Positions 1-13,137 of a stretch of DNA of 58,385 nt are shown piece after piece. Under the pieces are notes generated by a model that worked only from the letters and a program-made list of their open reading frames with translations, was not told where the DNA came from and ran no database searches. The translations under genes and the position numbers were made by a program. The stretch comes from Chrysochromulina tobinii (Eukaryota), in contig JWZX01003227.1 of the NCBI GenBank assembly GCA_001275005.1, positions 1 to 58,385 of the forward strand, written 5' to 3'. Each line of letters begins with the position of its first letter. Position 1 is the stretch's first letter.

Positions 1-41
<41 letters not shown>

Positions 42-60
42 TGCTGCCGCCGCCGCCGCC
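1..60 (+). repeat. (GCC)n trinucleotide microsatellite, poly-Gly in the minus-strand CDS
   Basis: gccgccgcc run with two gct interruptions. Confidence 0.95.
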
Positions 61-1518
61 GCGCCCCCAGCATCCTCGTCAACATTCGGCGCTGTTGCGG
101 GGGCCTCCTGGAGCTGTTCGAGGCGGGCATGCAACTCGCGGCGTTCGCGCTGGTAACCGACGAGCTCCTCGTGCAGCAAGCTCTCGTGCTGCGCTGCGCG
201 CTGCACCTCGGCGCGCATCTCTCCGGCCGTTGCGCGCGCCAGCTGCAGCTTCACCTGACGAAACTCGAGCGCACGGAGTCATCAGGGCTCATCAGGGCTC
301 ATCAGGGCTCATCAGAGGTCATCAAAGGTCATCAGTGGCACTCGCCTCGAGTTTCGTCGCACTCCGCTGCAATTCGGCGAGCGACGCCTGGTTCTGCGAG
401 GATTGCGCAAGGAGATCCAGGATCTCAGAGTCTGGAGACAGCTCGACGCCGTCCTCGGCGCCGTCTGCAGATGCGACAACCTCCTTCGCAGCCAACCGCT
501 CGAGCTCGAGGCGCAGCTGCGCCACCGTGCGCCTCAGCTCGTCGAGCGCGTCGGTACAGTCGGCATCGCCGTCATGCTCGCCACCGGCGAGCGCGCCAAG
601 CTGAACCTCGACCCCCGCAAGCTCGCCCCGCATCGCGTCGCTCTCGATGCGCCGCAGCTTACGCAGCCGCTCCTGGAAGCTGCACAGCGTCGCGACTGTC
701 GACGACTCGAGCTCATCCAGCGCGCTCAGCACAGTCGCAGGGCCCGCGCATGCCGACGACTCGTCCGCCACGGCCGCCTCGACACCCATTTCAGCGAGCT
801 CCTCAGCGGTTGGCACGCGCTCAGGCACGCGCTCTAACAGCCCTCGGGCTTTCAGCCCTCGTGCTAACAGCCCTCGTGCGCGCTCAGCCACCTCCCCTTC
901 AGCGGCGGCCCTGGCTGTTTGCGCCATCTCCGCCTGCGCCTCCGGTGGCGGATCGTTCCTCTCGGCGCGCAGCAGCACCTGTTCGCGGTCCAGGTCGATG
1001 GCATCGCGGTCCTGCGCGCGCCGTCGCTCGAGCCATCGCAACACTTCGAGCAGCTCCATCGTGAAGCTCGATGAGCGCACGGAGAGCGACGCAAACTGCT
1101 CGGCGATCGAGTCGTCGGGCGAGAGTGCATTGAGCGGCGGCGGCTGGATCATCGCAGAGACAGGCAATCCCTTCGCCCTAGCCGCCTTAGCCGCCTCGGC
1201 CTCTGCAAACTCGACTGCAGAGGACCGGCGATACGTGTTGTGCAGCACAGCCGCGGTGCGCTCAATATTCTGCGCCGAACGGTCGAGCATCGTGTGCGAG
1301 AAGTTCTGCTGCTCGAGCATGCGCTCGAGTTGCTCGAGTCCGCGGTCGCCCAGCCCGGCCTCCTCGACAGCGGCACCGCTTCCACGGCTCAAGGCGTCGA
1401 GCTCCTCCTTGAGAGCAAGCAGCAGCTCGTGCAGCACCTGTTTGTCCACACCGAACACCGACTCGTCCCACATCGTCGGCACGAGCGGATCGAAGCGCGC
1501 GAGTGGATTATCGACCAT
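1..1518 (-). CDS. Hypothetical coiled-coil protein, 3'-partial (runs off the window start); exons 1518-346 and 254-1
   Basis: Removing a GC-AG intron at 255-345 joins ...SATKLE to VKLQLARATAGEMRAEVQ...ELHARLEQLQE, continuing the heptad-like pattern into poly-Gly. The start at 1518 (MVDNPL) is tentative. Confidence 0.65.
255..345 (-). other. 91-nt GC-AG intron with 10-nt tandem repeats and an inverted copy of the upstream exon end
   Basis: Sense junctions GAG|GCGAGT...TTTCGTCAG|GTG; internal TGATGAGCCC-type units; 257-269 is the reverse complement of 346-358; splicing restores the frame. Confidence 0.8.
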
Positions 1519-2051
1519 CTTGCCACCTACTGCGAGGCTCACAGCCCCGGAGGCGGAGGGGCGGGGGAGGAGTTCACCCTGTGCCTGCCCACAAGGGACA
1601 AGTTTCTGTAACGTTTCATCAACAGCGACATCGACACAGCACGCGCACCAACAGGCGCCGGACACCCGTATGCACACGTGCACACCGCGTAACTACTCGT
1701 CAGTACAATGTTCTCCGATACCGGTGTATACACCGGTCACCGCAAGCAATCGACCACTGACTGACACACACACACTGATCAACACACATCACGACATCAG
1801 TTACACCCCGCGTAGCCCGACTCATGCACGACACGAGCGATCGCGCACGCTTCCGCGGGAACCGAACAAAGCGCAGCCGCTCACGCGATCGAGGCTCGCA
1901 GGTGCTCCCCAAACCAGCTGGTTGAGCCCACCTGCTGGGTGCAAGGTGCAAGGTGCAAGGTGCAACGTTATGGTGGGAACGTGTGGTGCCGGTAGCAGTC
2001 CGCCATGGAGTGGCGAGAGTCCATCACGGGGAGCGCTGTGGCGAGCGCGGG

Positions 2052-2699
2052 TCACAGCACCGCCGACTTCGGATCGGCCTTCATCTCCTCCTCGTCAAAA
2101 TCCTCCTCATCGATTTCGTCCGTCTTGGGTAGCGCCTTCAGCATGTCGCCAAAGCGAACCACCTCGCCCGCCTGCAGCTCAAACTTTTTGAAGATGCGGA
2201 GCGCATTCGAGAGGAGTGCGTAGCACGTGCCCATGAGCATCACGGTGGCGACCAGTGCAACCTCCCGCTGCATCAGGAGCCATGTCGAGCAGGCCACTGA
2301 GGTGAGCTGTGCGAGGAGCCCCACGCCGAAGACGTTGAAGATGAGTAGCCGCTCCTTGTTCATGCCCTCAACCACCTTCGACATCGAGCCATCTTTGCCA
2401 CGCAGTGCCTTGCCGGAGCCCCACACGGAGACAAAGGTGATGATGGAGACGGCAAACATGTTGCAGCAGATGCTGATTGTCGAGAAAATATGCAACAAGC
2501 CCTTGGCCAGAGGGTTGAAGTGGATCCCATGCAGATGCACCGACATCTCGAGGAAGGCCATCGAGAAACCGCACATCAGTGCAGCCTGCGTGGCCACAGC
2601 GCCGAAGTTCTCGTTGAACAGATTGAGCTCCTTTTCGCGTAGCTCAATCGTGCGCTGCTTGATAGAGCTCCGCAACAGGAGCTTGTCGGCGGCGAGCAT
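2052..2699 (-). CDS. Four-TM Orai/CRAC-channel-like membrane protein
   Basis: TM1 QAALMCGFSMAFLE resembles Orai TM1 SALLSGFAMVAMVE; three more hydrophobic segments and an acidic C-terminal tail. Confidence 0.55.
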   Translation of the reverse strand: MLAADKLLLRSSIKQRTIELREKELNLFNENFGAVATQAALMCGFSMAFLEMSVHLHGIHFNPLAKGLLHIFSTISICCNMFAVSIITFVSVWGSGKALRGKDGSMSKVVEGMNKERLLIFNVFGVGLLAQLTSVACSTWLLMQREVALVATVMLMGTCYALLSNALRIFKKFELQAGEVVRFGDMLKALPKTDEIDEEDFDEEEMKADPKSAVL

Positions 2700-2873
2700 T
2701 TCAACGCCGCGGCGCCGAGGCTTGCTCCGAGAGTCGCTGTGAGCTAGCGAGCGAGCGAGCGAGCTAGGCCGCTGCACAGAGAGGTTCGCGGTTCGGCCGC
2801 GGCGCGCCCGCGACAGCGCTTCGGCACGTAAGAAAACCGACTACTCCTGCATGGTCAAACACTGACCAAGAAA

Positions 2874-4694
<1,821 letters not shown>

Positions 4695-4873
4695 TCACAC
4701 ACGCCGGTGTGAATTATAAACATTGGCTGTGAATGGACCTTTACCCCCACCACCCTCAGACGTCACAGAAACACCGACATGATTTATGTACATGGAAGAC
4801 AGACCCTGCTCTCTCCATGGCGAATGGCCCTCACTGTCAGCACCCCGACTCAGTCCTTGGGGGTCCGCGCGGA

Positions 4874-7800
4874 TTACAACTCACTCCTAATCGCCTCGAG
4901 CGCGCGCCGATGCTGGAGCAACTCCTGCTCGTCGACGCCCCATTCCGCCTCGGCCATGGCCGTGAGCGCGCGAAAGACACGCTGGGCGACTGGCACCCGC
5001 TCGAGAGCACTCGAGGCCGGCATGCGGTTCGCTGGCGCGCCGCACGCGTCCGGCTCCGTGGCAGGCGCGCCCGCGCCGAAGAGGCTGCTGCCCCCCCCCG
5101 AGGTGAGGCTGCCCGTGATCCCATCGAAGACCGAGGGCGCGTTGGTCGACATTGAAAGAGAGAGCTCGCCATAGTCGTGGTAGAGGTAGACTGAGGCGTT
5201 GCCCGCGCCGCCCACGTGCCCGCTCTTCTTCTTGGTGACCTGGTTGTCGATGACGATGCCCGTGTGCCCGATGCCGCCAGGCTCCGTCCTGACCTCGTAG
5301 TTGCCGTCGAGGGCGCCGCCGGTGAAGAGCGCCTTGACGTCGCCTGCCATCGACTGGAGCGAGATGTTGTACTGTGCACCCGGCGTCAAGCTAGTGGAGA
5401 TGAGCCCGTTGAGTTGGACGTCGCCGTAGGTGGAGAACAAGTTGACCACGGGGGTGGGCGCATTGGGTCCTACTTGCGTGCCGTTGATGTTGGTCGTTGG
5501 CTTTTGCGAGGTGAGCACGTACTCGTCGAGGACCAGCGCACCCGACACGGAGGTCGCCGTGATGTTGGAGCCGATCGCGAGCAGCGCGGTCATGCTCGCG
5601 TCGTTCGCGCTGAGCAGAATGCCGTACGTTTCAGGGGGCTGGCACGCACAGAAGATCGTGGGCAGCGCTGCCGAGAGTGGCAGGTCGACCCAGCTCAGCT
5701 GCGACAGCAGGCTGACCGGCTTGCACACGGCGCAGTCGAGGACGGCCACATTGTTCAAGTTCGCCGCCGAGCCCTTTTTGGTATCCTCGGTGAAGGTCAT
5801 CTGCATCGAGCCGACAAAGCGTGCTCCACTAAAGGCCATGATGCCTTTGGCGGCGACCATGGGCGCCGACGCCGAGATGACGGTGCCGTTCATCAGGATG
5901 GCGCCGTCAAAGTCGCCGTTGGCGGTGAGGCTGAGAGCTCCGAGCACGAGGCCGAACGGTGGGGCTACCTTTGTGGGATCGCACGGCGGGTTGTTATAAA
6001 TGCAGGGGCGCTCACCCATCGGAACGCCCATGCCCGCACAGGCCGAGCCACCCACCCACTGACCGAGAAGCTGGACGAAGATGCAGGGCTGCGCGATGAA
6101 CGCATCGGTCACGGTGATGGAGGCGGCGCTCGCGGTGACGCCCGCGCCGCCAAAGATGTCGGTGAGGATGGTCGCGCCTACATTTGAAGCCACGTCGACA
6201 GCGCCGACCGCGAGCACCTGCTCGAGGACCACGTCTCCGTTGGCCTGCACGTTCAGGTTGTTCACACCGAAGCGGCCGAGTAAGTCCGAAATATCCCCCG
6301 GGTTCAAGGGGGTCGGCGTCGAGTCTAACGGCGCGATGCGTACGGCGCCGCCGTTCGGGCTTGCGATGTTGAGATCGATGAACGCGTGCTGGAACATGTT
6401 GTTTGTCGCCCCGACGCCGGAGACGACGAGTGGCGTCGTGTACGGCGCGGCGAGCAGCTGGCTGATATTGGCGTTGACGGCCGCGTTGGGCAGCACGATC
6501 GTCAGGTTCGCAGAGGCATGGCAGCGGCATGGGAACCACAGCCAATACCAGGAGCACTGCTCGTTGCAGCTGCCGGGCGGCGACGCCGTGATGTTGAGCT
6601 GCGCCGAGTTGCATGCGTTGCCCGAGCTCTGCGCGCCGCTCACGCGGCTCTGGCAGCTGACCGTCGGGGGGGTGTAGCACACGCCGCCGCTCGGCCAGGC
6701 AGAGGAGGAACTGGAACCAATGGAGGTGCAGCTCGTCGCTGAGAGCACCACGTCCTCGGTGAGCGTGTGCGACGTGTCGACGGTCAGGTAGACCTGTACC
6801 TCCGCGACGCTCCCATGGCTGAACAACACCTGCGTCGTGCCGTGGTGGAAGTTGTTCACTATGTTGAGGATGGTCGCGTCGTTTGCGAAGTAGCTGGGGT
6901 TTTGTGGGTAGAGCGAGTAGTTGAGGGAGAAGGGCACCGAAAGCTGGAGCGACTGGCGCGCCGACGTTTTGAAGGGCACCGCCGCCCCGGCCACACTGTC
7001 GAAGTACACCATGCCCGCCACGTACGCGATGACCAAGGCGAGGCCGGCGAACAGGAAGCGGAGCGAGCATGGGAGTCGTGGCACGCTCGAGGAGAACCAT
7101 GTGGGGAAGAGCTCTGCGTTATGGAGCAGCACCTGCCCCACGCCGTCGTTATCGACGTTCGAGAGGACGGACTCCTGATGCTGCAGCCGGTCGGCTGAGC
7201 CGGCGGCCGCCCCACCGCGCACGCGGGTCTGGTACTTGTCGAGGCTGTCATATTGATCTGAGCCGGGCGGTGTCACACGATCTTCCAAGACCCGAGGGAG
7301 GCTCGGCGCCGCGAAGCCGGGAGGCGCAGAGCAGGTGCGACCGAGCGTAGAGTGCGGCGCCTCCGAGTCCTCAACACCGAGGAGCAGTTCGCGCGTGAGC
7401 CGCTTGGGCGAGGCCGAGTACCACCACGATTTGCTCCGGCCGAGCCCACTGGCGCCGTCCAGGTCTTCGATGGAGGGCACGTCAGCGACTCGGTTGGCGC
7501 CGGCTCTCGTGCCCAACAGCTCGCCCAGCGTGGCGTAACGCGTGTACAGCGAGAGGCTGAGCATCACGAGCAGTTGCAGCAGTGCGGCCGAGCCGAGCGT
7601 CGCGAGCACCCCAAGCGAGGTTTCGGCCGACGAGCGGAACAAGTCGCGCCGGTGACCCGAGCTCAGAAAGGCAGCGTCGGGCAGAGCGAGGTTGATTGTG
7701 TCCCAATTATTGTCGATCGAGGCGAGGACGCCCGAGCCGGCCACGCCGAGCGTGATGGTGCTCCCTAGGCAGAACGCCGCCGTGAGGGCAATGTAGACGA

Positions 7801-9343
7801 GGTACACCGCAAACTTGACCGACGACTCGATTGGGTCCCGGCCAGGGGCAAGGACGAGCCGCACGAAGGGGAGGAGTGCGAGGAGCAGTGCCACGAGCAT
7901 CAGGATCTTGGCGCCATTACAACCGATGGGCGAGGCGTAGCAAGCGGACTGGCCCAGAGTGAGTACGCCCCCGATGGTGACGATCCCAAGCCAGAACGTG
8001 GTGAAGTGCGCCGCGAAGGGGGTGAGCGCGAGCACGCCGCGCCGCGAGAGCATGATGAGTACATTGTACAGCGTGAGCGCCTGCAGGCAGGCGAGCGCGA
8101 TGAGCACGATCGACAGGCGGCTCATATTGTTGGCGGTGGCCGTCGCGGTGCCACCCGGTTCGGAGAATGGAATAGCGCGCGTCTTGACCCATGCCCAGTT
8201 CTGCAGGATGAACTCCATGGCGGAGGGCACCGCCGACAGCGTGACCGCACCGAGCGTGCCCGAAGTGAAAGTGGTTACGCCGAGCAGCGTGATGTAGACC
8301 CCGAGCAGAAGCCCCGGGCGCATCGTCTTAGCCGCATGCGACTCGTCGCGTTGGTGGTAGCGCGAGAGCACGATGCCTAGGAACCAGATGAGCAACGAGC
8401 ACACCACGACATGGAGCGTGCCGAACCAGATGGAGTTGGGCAGCCCGCCATAGGCGAAATACCACGTCCAGACACCGAAGCCGAGCGCGACGAAGGCGAC
8501 GATCACGAGGGAGACCTGGAACCAGCCGAAGAAGCCGGCGGCGAGGCGCGCGTCCTCGTCGTCCGCCTCGCGGCGCAACCGCGCGCGCTCTGCGGGCGAA
8601 CGGCTCGTCACGTCATCGGCGAGCGAGCACCACAGGACGAAGGAGCCCGCGGACACGAGCCACGCCTCGACTGTGCCCCATGCTGTGCGCGCGGCGATGT
8701 AGTTCCAGCCCTGCGTGCACATCGCGTTCGAGCCCTGCGCCGCGTACACGATCGAGAGCGTCACGAGGGCAAGCGCGGACCAGAACACTGTCCACACGAA
8801 AGTCACCGAGACCACCGTGCTCAGCCTCGGATAGACGCTTGTGCCGCGCCGTGGGAAGAGCATGAACAGCGGGCCGACGCGCAACGCTGTCGACGGCACG
8901 TGCGGCAGAAAGCCGCGCTGCACTTCGCCCATTCTCTTCATCGAGATGAGGCACGAGATCAACGCGGTGAAAAACGCGTCAAAGGGCAGCGACTGCGCAA
9001 TGGAGGTGGGCGCACCCGAGTAGCCCGCCGGATGTGCCCAGTTGAAGAGGCAGATCTGAACGGGCTCGTGGTCGGCCCAATTTGTGAGCACGCCCCAACC
9101 GATGATAATGTGTGCGCCTACGGAGATGGCAGTGGTCAGTGCGAGCTGCAAAAGGCACGCCGATGAGCTCAGCGCGGTGCGCAGCTGCCCGAGGCTGTCC
9201 TCGAGATGCACTTCTCCGAGGGCCGACGGCTGCGTGCGAAAGGAGCCGGGCAAATTTTGCGATGAGAGCAACTGCTGGGCCTGTTCGCGGCTCAGGGTAC
9301 TCGAATGGCCGTTCGAGCTGAGAGGAGGGCTTGCGGCTGCCAT
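4874..9343 (-). CDS. 1489-aa hypothetical multi-pass membrane protein with a Cys-containing, beta-rich C-terminal ectodomain
   Basis: Uninterrupted ORF; many hydrophobic segments in the N-terminal half, a Ser/Arg-rich loop, one further TM, then an Asn/Gly/Ser/Thr-rich region with N-x-S/T sites. Confidence 0.75.
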   Translation of the reverse strand: MAAASPPLSSNGHSSTLSREQAQQLLSSQNLPGSFRTQPSALGEVHLEDSLGQLRTALSSSACLLQLALTTAISVGAHIIIGWGVLTNWADHEPVQICLFNWAHPAGYSGAPTSIAQSLPFDAFFTALISCLISMKRMGEVQRGFLPHVPSTALRVGPLFMLFPRRGTSVYPRLSTVVSVTFVWTVFWSALALVTLSIVYAAQGSNAMCTQGWNYIAARTAWGTVEAWLVSAGSFVLWCSLADDVTSRSPAERARLRREADDEDARLAAGFFGWFQVSLVIVAFVALGFGVWTWYFAYGGLPNSIWFGTLHVVVCSLLIWFLGIVLSRYHQRDESHAAKTMRPGLLLGVYITLLGVTTFTSGTLGAVTLSAVPSAMEFILQNWAWVKTRAIPFSEPGGTATATANNMSRLSIVLIALACLQALTLYNVLIMLSRRGVLALTPFAAHFTTFWLGIVTIGGVLTLGQSACYASPIGCNGAKILMLVALLLALLPFVRLVLAPGRDPIESSVKFAVYLVYIALTAAFCLGSTITLGVAGSGVLASIDNNWDTINLALPDAAFLSSGHRRDLFRSSAETSLGVLATLGSAALLQLLVMLSLSLYTRYATLGELLGTRAGANRVADVPSIEDLDGASGLGRSKSWWYSASPKRLTRELLLGVEDSEAPHSTLGRTCSAPPGFAAPSLPRVLEDRVTPPGSDQYDSLDKYQTRVRGGAAAGSADRLQHQESVLSNVDNDGVGQVLLHNAELFPTWFSSSVPRLPCSLRFLFAGLALVIAYVAGMVYFDSVAGAAVPFKTSARQSLQLSVPFSLNYSLYPQNPSYFANDATILNIVNNFHHGTTQVLFSHGSVAEVQVYLTVDTSHTLTEDVVLSATSCTSIGSSSSSAWPSGGVCYTPPTVSCQSRVSGAQSSGNACNSAQLNITASPPGSCNEQCSWYWLWFPCRCHASANLTIVLPNAAVNANISQLLAAPYTTPLVVSGVGATNNMFQHAFIDLNIASPNGGAVRIAPLDSTPTPLNPGDISDLLGRFGVNNLNVQANGDVVLEQVLAVGAVDVASNVGATILTDIFGGAGVTASAASITVTDAFIAQPCIFVQLLGQWVGGSACAGMGVPMGERPCIYNNPPCDPTKVAPPFGLVLGALSLTANGDFDGAILMNGTVISASAPMVAAKGIMAFSGARFVGSMQMTFTEDTKKGSAANLNNVAVLDCAVCKPVSLLSQLSWVDLPLSAALPTIFCACQPPETYGILLSANDASMTALLAIGSNITATSVSGALVLDEYVLTSQKPTTNINGTQVGPNAPTPVVNLFSTYGDVQLNGLISTSLTPGAQYNISLQSMAGDVKALFTGGALDGNYEVRTEPGGIGHTGIVIDNQVTKKKSGHVGGAGNASVYLYHDYGELSLSMSTNAPSVFDGITGSLTSGGGSSLFGAGAPATEPDACGAPANRMPASSALERVPVAQRVFRALTAMAEAEWGVDEQELLQHRRALEAIRSEL

Positions 9344-9390
9344 GTGGTCCGGCGACTCCGATTCTCAATCAAGACAAATAAAGTTTTGAC

Positions 9391-9432
9391 GCGTCAAGTC
9401 AAGACATGTCAAGTCAAGTCACCGAGTGTCAA
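9391..9432. promoter_or_regulatory. GTCAA (TTGAC) pentamer cluster in a divergent intergenic region
   Basis: gtcaagtcaagacatgtcaagtcaagtc...gtcaa lies between divergent starts at 9343 and 9555; the same pattern recurs at 27964-28031. Confidence 0.4.
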
Positions 9433-9554
9433 AATGGCGGACACACGTGTGTTTTCTGAGAGGGCAGTACATGTAACAGTGCCGTAGTGTTAACTCAAAC
9501 ACGGCCCGGAAAGGTCCTGAAAGGTACCATGGGTAGGGCCCCGACGTGCGAAAG

Positions 9555-10535
9555 ATGATCGTGGCCCGGCGCTTGCTGGCTGTGTCAGCCATCGGAGCCG
9601 CTTCGGCGGCTGCTTCGACGCTCCGAGCCACGAACAGTCCGAGCACCCCTGCCCGTAGTATTTCCTTGACCTCGAGCAGTCGCTCCCATCTATTGCCCAC
9701 AACTGTGCTGGTGCACGGCCTCGATTCGTCTAAGGAGACGTTTTCTGGCACGCTAGCACGACTTGTGATCGACAACTACCCGTGTGTCTCGCTCGATCTG
9801 CGCGGTCATGGCGAGAGCCCATTCGGAGAGGTGAGTGACTTCTCCGCGCCTGCACTGGCGGCTGACGTGCTTGAGGCCATTAAGGCGCACGGTATCACGC
9901 GGGCAGTCCTCGTGGGCCATTCCATGGGCGGCCGCATCGCCATGCGCGCGGCTGCGCTGGACGCAGCTAGCAGCGAGCCCGTGTTACGTGCGGTGGTCAT
10001 CGAGGACATGGATCTTATCGAGCGCTATGCGCCATCGAAGACTGTGGAGGACCGTGCGGCGCTCGAGCGCTTTGCCTCGCCAGGTGGTCGGCGATTCGCG
10101 TCTTGGGAAGAGGCTCGTGCCGCGCTGCTTCCCTGGTACGATCGGGACGAGGAGCGCATCAACTCGTGGCGCAACACGCGCGTCCGTCCTATCCCTGGAG
10201 GCACCGAGGTTCACAGCGATATCAACCCGGCAGCGCAGCGGTTGGCGAGGGAACGTGTGCTCGCATCGTCTGACGGGAGCATGGCATGGGATGAGCTCGC
10301 GGCGCATGGAGATTCGCTTCCGTTTGCTCTGCACGTGCTCTACGCGGATAAGGGGGAGCGAGGGACTGTCGTCCAAATAGAAGGTCGTGGTGGCATCAAT
10401 GACATGAAGGCGCGCTGTCCGGCGGCGCAGTTTACGTTTTTCCCGGGCGCAGGCCATTCGATACACCGGACTGACCAGGAGGCCTTCGACAAGCAGCTGC
10501 GCGAAATCATCAAGACGGCCGCACAGCGCGACTAG
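9555..10535 (+). CDS. Alpha/beta-hydrolase (ABHD11/YbfF-like esterase)
   Basis: LVHGL oxyanion motif, DLRGHG, GHSMGG nucleophile elbow, C-terminal AGHSIH. Confidence 0.85.
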   Translation: MIVARRLLAVSAIGAASAAASTLRATNSPSTPARSISLTSSSRSHLLPTTVLVHGLDSSKETFSGTLARLVIDNYPCVSLDLRGHGESPFGEVSDFSAPALAADVLEAIKAHGITRAVLVGHSMGGRIAMRAAALDAASSEPVLRAVVIEDMDLIERYAPSKTVEDRAALERFASPGGRRFASWEEARAALLPWYDRDEERINSWRNTRVRPIPGGTEVHSDINPAAQRLARERVLASSDGSMAWDELAAHGDSLPFALHVLYADKGERGTVVQIEGRGGINDMKARCPAAQFTFFPGAGHSIHRTDQEAFDKQLREIIKTAAQRD

Positions 10536-11023
10536 CATTTACTTCAGGCGCGCACCACAAACGTCTCAAGAGCACGTCATCTGGCGAATGTGACCCGTAC
10601 CTCGTCCGCTCCAGGGCGCGGCCCCGAACGGAGTCGCGAAACGAGCCCGCCGCCGCCCAGTTCGGCCCTACAGTCCGACCTATAGCAAAGGAGCAATCTC
10701 ATCCGATCCGCCCACTGCGCGCACTGGAGACATAAGGTCCGGACCCCGGGTGGCCGCGCTGACTCTCGGCCGTGGCGACGAAAGAAGTTAGATTAAGTTA
10801 CCGGGACCGCGGGGTGACACCTCTTGGGTCTCTAGATCGCGCTGGCATTACGATTTCGTCATCGGCCGCGTACGGCATAATCGCTCCGTACCGTGTAAGC
10901 GCCGTCCGCCGCCCCCCGGCCGCGTGCCGCACCCCGGCAATACCTTGCGATGAATTGACTTGACAGCTCAGGAGCTGCCTGCGTTTTTTTCCCGACGTCT
11001 CAGCTCGCGCCCGGCACACGGCC

Positions 11024-13137
11024 TCAGCCGGATGTGGGCGTGGGCGACTTGACGAAGCTCGCGACGCTGCGGTCGCCGTGCAGGTAGACCCAGAGCTTGC
11101 GCTCAGAGTCATACCGGCAGCACGGGTCGGCTTCATAGTGGAGCCGATCAAGCGCGCCCGAGGCGACGGTCGAGATCTGCGCGTCGTTGGCGCCGTCGGT
11201 GATGTAGTGCGACTCCTTGAGCAGCTCACACACGTCGGTGCGCGAGCCTTCGCCGCCGGGTAGTCGCGCGACCGCATCGCGAACGAGTGCTAGGAGGGTA
11301 GCAGCGGCCGGTCGTTCAGGCTGCAACAGGAAGTGCTCCCTCGCCTTGCCGCCCGCCTTCCGCCCGACGGGCGCGACAGTGGCAGTCGAGCCGTCTCGTA
11401 GAGTGTAGACGAAGGCGAGGTCGGGCTGCGCGTAACGGCGCGCTTCCTCCTCATGCAGCCGCGCCAGTTGCTCAGCCGAGCCCGGCGGCAGTGTGAGCGC
11501 CGCCTTGGGCGCCTTGAGCGGCGCGAGCCCGAGACCGCGCGCGGTACCGGTAATGCCCCCATGCTGCGCGAGGAAGTTTTCGTGGTGGAGCGCCTCGAGG
11601 CGGCGCAGCGCCTCGTCCGTCGACGCCTCGGGCGTCCCGACCCACCGGTAGCTCTGCGTCGGGTCGTCGAAAAGGAGGAGGGGCGCGGGCGGGGGTGCCG
11701 TGGGCGCCGCCGCGGGCGCGCCGCCCTCGGCGGCGCCACTCGATTTGACCGTTCGGGCGGCGTGGCAGTGCGCGGGCGTGGTCATGAAGATCAGGACCGA
11801 TCGGATATACGCGGCGAGCATGGTACCTTTTGGCAGTCGTGCCATGAGGCCTGCGGCCTGCGCCTGTATGGCCACCTGCTTGCGAATGTATTCGGCGGGC
11901 GCGAGGGCCTGCGGCACGCTCGCCATCGCGTCGCGCACGAGGGAGAAGAAGTTCACACCGCCGCCGACGCCGACGCCCTCATCGGCCTCCGCCCCGCCCG
12001 CCAGCGCGCCAGGGTAGCCGTAGCCGCCCAACGGTTGATCGGTTGGGCGGGGCCGCTTCAGAGGCGGGGCCACGGGCAGGCCTGTGCCGCCCGCAGTGCC
12101 TTCGAGCTCGTCGAGCATCTCATCATCTTCGTCCGAGAGCTCCCCGAGCATCTCATCGTCTTCTTCGCCGCCCGCTGCGCGCCGCGGCGGATAGCCGCCC
12201 ATGAGCGGCAAGGGCGGCGCGCCCCCTGTCCGGGCGCCCCCCTGCGACCCCCCCGTCCGGCTGCCCCCTCCGCCGCCACCGCCGCCGCTGGTGCCGGCCG
12301 CGTTGTGCACACCCGTCGGGCACAGCGGAGTCCCAATCGGGACGCCTGCCGACTTGGGGAACAAGGTGCCGCGGGAGCCACCTGCGCCGCCCGTGCTGCC
12401 TTGGATCTCGATGACGCCGCCGGCCGTGGAGCCCGCACGGCTGTCGCCAAGGCACGGCCGCCCGAGCGGCACGCCGACGCCTCCCGTCTTGGATCGCCGT
12501 ACCAAGCCACCGCTCGCCTTCGAGTACATGAGCGCCTCGTCCGACTTGCCCCTGCCCGACCCCTTGGGAAGCTTGGCCAGCTGCGGCGGCGGCGGCGTCC
12601 ACGTGCGCTTGATGTAGTGGAGCTGATGCACCATGGCATTGTGGTGCTCACGCTGCTTGTCCACCCAGTCGATGCGCCGCTGTGCCTCAGCTTGCTCAGC
12701 GGCGAGCACCGCCTCGGCTTCGAATTCGCCCGCGAGAAGCGCCGTGTGGAAGTGCTCGATCGGAGTGCCGAAAAAATGGGCTTCCGTCGCTCCGACGTGC
12801 TTCTCAATGATCTGCTCCGCCTGCGCGTTTATTTCCTCCTCCGTGCTCTGTGGCGAAACCGGCAGCAACGCCGAAAGCTTCTGTCGATCCGCCGCCGGCA
12901 GCCCCCGCCACATTTCGGGCGAGATGACCTGCAAAGAGACGTTTGTGGGGTTGCACAGGCTGAGAAGGCTGCCCGGGCACGTTTGCGGGCTGCGCGCTGC
13001 ACGCAGGAGGACATGGCGCGCGCGATGCGCACCGAGCGCAGATCTGAGACGTCCAGCTCGCTGAGCAGACTGATAAGGTCGGGCGGAAGACTCAAAGACG
13101 CCGAGGTCGACCTTGTTATAGAGATACGTGCCGACAT
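11024..13137 (-). CDS. NFRKB: NFRKB / INO80 subunit G-like protein; exons 13137-13033 and 12928-11024
   Basis: N-terminal DEUBAD-like segment (VISPEMWRGLPAADRQKLSALLP...FFGTP), FFSLVRD, and LVRDAVARLPGGEGSRTDVCELLKES...GALDRLHYEADPCCRYDSERKLWVYLH. A GT-AG intron at 12929-13032 joins an ATG exon in frame. Confidence 0.85.

Noticed and set aside
1939..1966. (GTGCAAG)x4 repeat
   Set aside because: Simple intergenic or UTR microsatellite without flanking duplication.
647..2191. Long antisense and alternate-frame ORFs (e.g. 647-2191, 11453-13243, 31738-33549)
   Set aside because: Shadow ORFs caused by high GC3 opposite recognisable genes.
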